NCBI GenBank assembly: GCA_964388035.1
Contig: CAYLZE010000061.1
Coordinates: 1 to 30,579 of the forward strand
Direction: 5' to 3'
Source of the DNA: an uncultured archaeon
GTDB taxonomy: Archaea > Asgardarchaeota > Lokiarchaeia > Sigyniarchaeales > SOKP01
Length of the DNA stretch: 30,579 nucleotides
The position numbers and the translations under genes are program-made. Shown here in pieces: positions 27,079-30,579 of the stretch (position 1 is its first letter; each line of letters opens with the position of its first letter). The notes under the pieces were generated by a model that ran no database searches, was not told the DNA's origin, and saw nothing but the letters and a program-made list of their open reading frames with translations.

Positions 27079-29820
27079 ATGCAATTCAGAAGCAATTTAA
27101 TCGATATTTTGCTAAGTAATAAAGATAAAATTATAGCCTCCAAAAAGTATACAGAAAGTGAATTTGAGGTTTTTATAGCTGCTTTAATGCAAGCAGAAAA
27201 ACTTAGATACGAAATTCTTGAAAAAATTAAAATCGATAATGAGATAGATGTAGAGAAATTAGCTAAAGAGTTTAAAATTTCCCGAAATGCAGTGGGGTTA
27301 AATCTGGAATATTTAAAGGAGGCGGGATTATTGGAATTCGTTGGAGAAGTCTCGGAGTTTTATAGGAGTTTAGAGAAGAAAAACGATAAGCTGGGGGTCT
27401 TTCCTACTATTTTAGAATTAAAAGAAAGGAATCTATGTTCGGGTTGCGGACTATGTGTTTCCACATGCCCCACTAATGCCATAAATTTCACTAATGATGT
27501 ATTAGAAATAGATGAGGGAGCTTGTATTAAATGTGGGTTATGTTATGCCTGTTGTCATCGAACCTTCTTTCCAAATCTTTTAAATGACGTGGGGGTAAAA
27601 AAAGAGAAAGATGATAAATTTCTTAAAGAACTCAATTATTACAAGGAAATTTATACGGCTCAAACCAATGATGAACAGATAAAAAAAGTGGCTCAAGATG
27701 GTGGAGTTGTCACCAGTCTACTAAAAACAGCTTTTTTAGAAAATTTGATTGATACAGCACTAGTAGTTGGGGAATTGAAAGATGAATTTAGCCTTAAGCC
27801 CTTCCCTTACTTAGCATTTAACGAACAAGAACTATTAAACAGTGGTGGTACTAAATACTCTAATGCCCATTTATTAAAGATCCTACAGCAAGCAAGGGCT
27901 AGAAAGTCAATTGCTGTGGTTGGAACGCCTTGTACGATGCAAGCACTTAAGAAAGTTGCCGCATATCCTCTTAATAAGCCACTTTTTGACAATATTTGGA
28001 TCAAAATCGGTATTTTTTGCATGGAATCATTTGACCATGCTAAAATAGTGGAAATATTAAAAAGCAAATTCCAGAAAAAGCCCGAAGAGATCAGAAAAAT
28101 GAACATTCATGGGGGACGATTCATCATTTACGATAACGAGGGAAAACATCATGATATTCCCATAAAAAATGTAAAGGAATACGGGCGTTATGGTTGCTTC
28201 TTATGTAGCGATTTGACAGCTGAACATGCTGATATTTCTATAGGCTTTATTGGTTCTGATCCAGATTGGTCTACCGTGATTATAAGATCTAAAAGAGGAT
28301 TAGAACTTTTCCAAAAATCCTCGGAACATCAATTAATAAAAAAGAAGCTAATTAAAGAGACAGATGAAAACTTCACGCAATTACGTAAGATTGCTCGCTC
28401 CAAAATGAAGTTTTATAAAGAGATTCCCAGACAAAAAATGATTGAACAAGATCCCGTGGAAAGAAGTAAGAATTTTTTGGAGGTTCCCCAAGGGCTCACT
28501 CCTGAAATGGTTAGATTAGAGACTTTGAGATGTTTGCAATGTGGAAATCCTTCATGTATTCAAGGATGCCCCGTAAATGTAAATATTCCCGAATTTATCA
28601 GATTCCTGAAATTAGGAAAATATAATGAAGCCGCTCATAGTATTAAACAGTATAATTTATTGCCAGCCATATGTGGGAGAGTCTGTCCCCAAGAAATACA
28701 ATGTGAGGAATTCTGTTTATTAGGAAAGATTGATAAGCCGGTCGCAATAGGGTATTTAGAGAGATTTATTGCGGATTGGGAGCGAAAAAACCAATTGAAA
28801 GTATGTCCTGATTGTAGGCCTCCCAATGGTATTAAGGTTGCGGTAATTGGGAGTGGTCCTGCAGGATTAACGTGTGCTGCGGATTTGGTCCGATTAGGAT
28901 ATGAGGTTACAATTTTTGAAGCCTTTCATGAGGGAGGTGGTGTTCTGGTTTATGGGATTCCCGAATTTAGATTGCCTAAAGAAATCGTAAAAGATGAAAT
29001 AGAGACTGTTCAACTTTTAGGCGTTAAAATAAAGTATAATGCTATCATAAGTAAGCTCCTTACTATTGAAGATTTAGAAGATTTGGGGTTTAAAGCGATT
29101 TTCATAGGAGTTGGAGCCGGATTGCCACAAATGCTAAGAATATGTGGCATAGAATTAAATGGTGTCTTAACTGCAAATGAATTCCTCACGCGCACCAATT
29201 TAATGAAAGCTTATAGATTTCCAGAATATGACACTCCTATTGATGTAGGAAGTCAAGTCACCGTAATTGGCGGAGGAAATGTCGCCGTAGATTCGGCGCG
29301 TGCGGCTCTCAGATTAGGAGCAAAAAAGGTAACAATTATATATCGTAGAACTGAAGTAGAAATGCCCGCCCGTAAGGAAGAGATTCACCACGCGAAGGAA
29401 GAAGGAATTAATTTCATGTTCTTAACGAATCCCATGGAATTTATTGGAGATGTTGAGGGCAATGTAAAAGAAATGGTTTTAGAAAGAATGAAATTGGGAG
29501 AACCAGATGAATCGGGAAGGAGATCTCCAGTACCAATTGAAAAGTCTAATTTTACCATTGATACCGATATGGTCATCATTGCGATTGGAACTAGTGCTAA
29601 TACCTTATTATTGAGGAAAATTCCTGATTTAAAACTCACAGCAAGACAATACATCATGACAGACGAAGATGGTCGTACCAATATAGAAAATGTATTTGCC
29701 GGAGGTGATATTGTTACAGGATCCGCAACGGTAATATCTGCTATGGGTGCTGGAAGAAAGGCAGCAAAAGCTATTGATCAATATCTTATTAAAAAATATA
29801 AAGATTCTCAATGTTCTTAA
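27079..29820 (+). CDS. Fusion protein: wHTH + 2x[4Fe-4S] + FrhB/FpoF-like F420-binding domain + NfnB/SudA (GltD-like) NADPH oxidoreductase
   Basis: HTH 'VEKLAKEFKISRNAVGLNLEYLKEAGLL'; CSGCGLCVSTCP and CIKCGLCYACC; FrhB motifs AQDGGVVT, GTKY, VGTPC, IGIFCMESF, CFLCSDL...ADISIG; NfnB motifs RCLQC..C.QGCP, ICGRVCPQEIQCE, GSGPAG, GGGNVA, YRRT, GGDIVTG. Confidence 0.88.
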   Translation: MQFRSNLIDILLSNKDKIIASKKYTESEFEVFIAALMQAEKLRYEILEKIKIDNEIDVEKLAKEFKISRNAVGLNLEYLKEAGLLEFVGEVSEFYRSLEKKNDKLGVFPTILELKERNLCSGCGLCVSTCPTNAINFTNDVLEIDEGACIKCGLCYACCHRTFFPNLLNDVGVKKEKDDKFLKELNYYKEIYTAQTNDEQIKKVAQDGGVVTSLLKTAFLENLIDTALVVGELKDEFSLKPFPYLAFNEQELLNSGGTKYSNAHLLKILQQARARKSIAVVGTPCTMQALKKVAAYPLNKPLFDNIWIKIGIFCMESFDHAKIVEILKSKFQKKPEEIRKMNIHGGRFIIYDNEGKHHDIPIKNVKEYGRYGCFLCSDLTAEHADISIGFIGSDPDWSTVIIRSKRGLELFQKSSEHQLIKKKLIKETDENFTQLRKIARSKMKFYKEIPRQKMIEQDPVERSKNFLEVPQGLTPEMVRLETLRCLQCGNPSCIQGCPVNVNIPEFIRFLKLGKYNEAAHSIKQYNLLPAICGRVCPQEIQCEEFCLLGKIDKPVAIGYLERFIADWERKNQLKVCPDCRPPNGIKVAVIGSGPAGLTCAADLVRLGYEVTIFEAFHEGGGVLVYGIPEFRLPKEIVKDEIETVQLLGVKIKYNAIISKLLTIEDLEDLGFKAIFIGVGAGLPQMLRICGIELNGVLTANEFLTRTNLMKAYRFPEYDTPIDVGSQVTVIGGGNVAVDSARAALRLGAKKVTIIYRRTEVEMPARKEEIHHAKEEGINFMFLTNPMEFIGDVEGNVKEMVLERMKLGEPDESGRRSPVPIEKSNFTIDTDMVIIAIGTSANTLLLRKIPDLKLTARQYIMTDEDGRTNIENVFAGGDIVTGSATVISAMGAGRKAAKAIDQYLIKKYKDSQCS

Positions 29821-29905
29821 TATGAAAATTCTTATTCTATTGTAATCTTCTTTTTTGAATCAAAACGATAAGCTTTAAATTTTAGGGTTCAATTCTTGCA
29901 ATATC

Positions 29906-30579
29906 ATGGAAAATGAAATGAATCCCTATAAAAATGCAAAAAAACAATTAGAAAACGTAGCTAAACTTATAAATCTCGATCCCAACTTTCATGAAAAACT
30001 CAAATACATGGAACGAATCTTAACCGTCTCCATCCCCATAAAAATGGATGATGGTAAATTAAAAGTTTTTAAAGGGTATAGAGTCCAACATTCCACCGTG
30101 AGGGGACCTGGAAAAGGAGGGATTAGATATAGTAGCGCTGTTAACTTAAAAGAGCTCAAAGCATTGGCCATGTGGATGACCTGGAAAACTGCATTGCTCA
30201 AATTGCCGCTGGGAGGAGCCAAAGGAGGAATAAAAATTGATCCTAAAAAACTTTCAAAAAGAGAATTGGAACATTTAACTCGGAGATTTACGGTAGAAAT
30301 TCTTAACATTATAGGACCCACGCGAGATATTCCCGCTCCTGACGTAAATACCAACGCCCAGATAATGTCCTGGATAATGGATTCTTACAGCATGCACAGA
30401 GGCGAAACGACACCTGGCGTAGTAACAGGAAAACCCGTGCAAATTGGTGGTTCTTTAGGAAGAGTAAGGGCTACGGGTATGGGTCTCTTTTATGTTGTAG
30501 AAGAATTGGTTAAGAAGTTAGATTTAACTCTTTCCGAATTAAGTGTAATTGTCCAAGGGTTTGGAAATGTAGGTTCTGT
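29906..30579 (+). CDS. gdhA: Glutamate dehydrogenase (Glu/Leu/Phe/Val dehydrogenase family), 3'-truncated by window end; absent from the ORF track
   Basis: Manual translation: MENEMNPYKNAKKQL...GYRVQHSTVRGPGKGGIRY...MTWKTA..LPLGGAKGG...DIPAPDVNT...VTGKP..IGGSLGR..ATG...VQGFGNVG. TTTAAAT box about 25 nt upstream. Confidence 0.93.
   Translation, partial: MENEMNPYKNAKKQLENVAKLINLDPNFHEKLKYMERILTVSIPIKMDDGKLKVFKGYRVQHSTVRGPGKGGIRYSSAVNLKELKALAMWMTWKTALLKLPLGGAKGGIKIDPKKLSKRELEHLTRRFTVEILNIIGPTRDIPAPDVNTNAQIMSWIMDSYSMHRGETTPGVVTGKPVQIGGSLGRVRATGMGLFYVVEELVKKLDLTLSELSVIVQGFGNVGS

Noticed and set aside
583-29811. Numerous short ORFs overlapping confident genes (e.g. 859..1140, 2140..2553, 16157..16486, 16925..17356, 26543..26875)
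   Set aside because: Antisense or alternate-frame shadows with no recognisable motifs.
29989-30354. 121-aa minus-strand ORF
   Set aside because: Antisense shadow of gdhA on the plus strand.
1-30579. CRISPR arrays, tRNA/rRNA, transposases, integrases
   Set aside because: None recognised. The 67-bp repeat has only two copies 678 bp apart, which is not CRISPR-like.

Overview
This AT-rich window is most likely from an Asgard archaeon (Lokiarchaeia-like). That is inferred from archaeal BRE/TATA promoters about 23-25 nt upstream of leaderless ATGs and from several membrane and zinc-finger protein families typical of that lineage. It is centred on nitrogen and glutamate metabolism: glnA with a divergent Lrp/AsnC regulator, ilvE, an FMN-binding glutamate synthase, guaA, an NfnA/SudB gene followed by an unusual wHTH-ferredoxin-FrhB-NfnB/GltD fusion, and a 3'-truncated glutamate dehydrogenase that the ORF track misses. 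It also holds a heterodimeric ABC exporter, a TetR-EFR1 operon, a nitroreductase, a GGR-like oxidoreductase, OsmC and several 7TM proteins. Best finding: an unannotated 26-codon Ile/Val/Leu/Ala-rich leader ORF (MISFNTNAIIVVASAIRARVAVALVL). It starts at an archaeal promoter upstream of ilvE and lies within competing RNA hairpins, suggesting ribosome-mediated attenuation in an archaeon. Other highlights are a possible F420-coupled Nfn/GltD fusion, an ORF with a single in-frame TGA (Sec candidate or pseudogene), a 67-bp structured direct repeat, a possible AUA start for glutamate synthase, and a frameshifted 7TM-C8 zinc-finger gene. No rRNA, tRNA, CRISPR or transposase was recognised.
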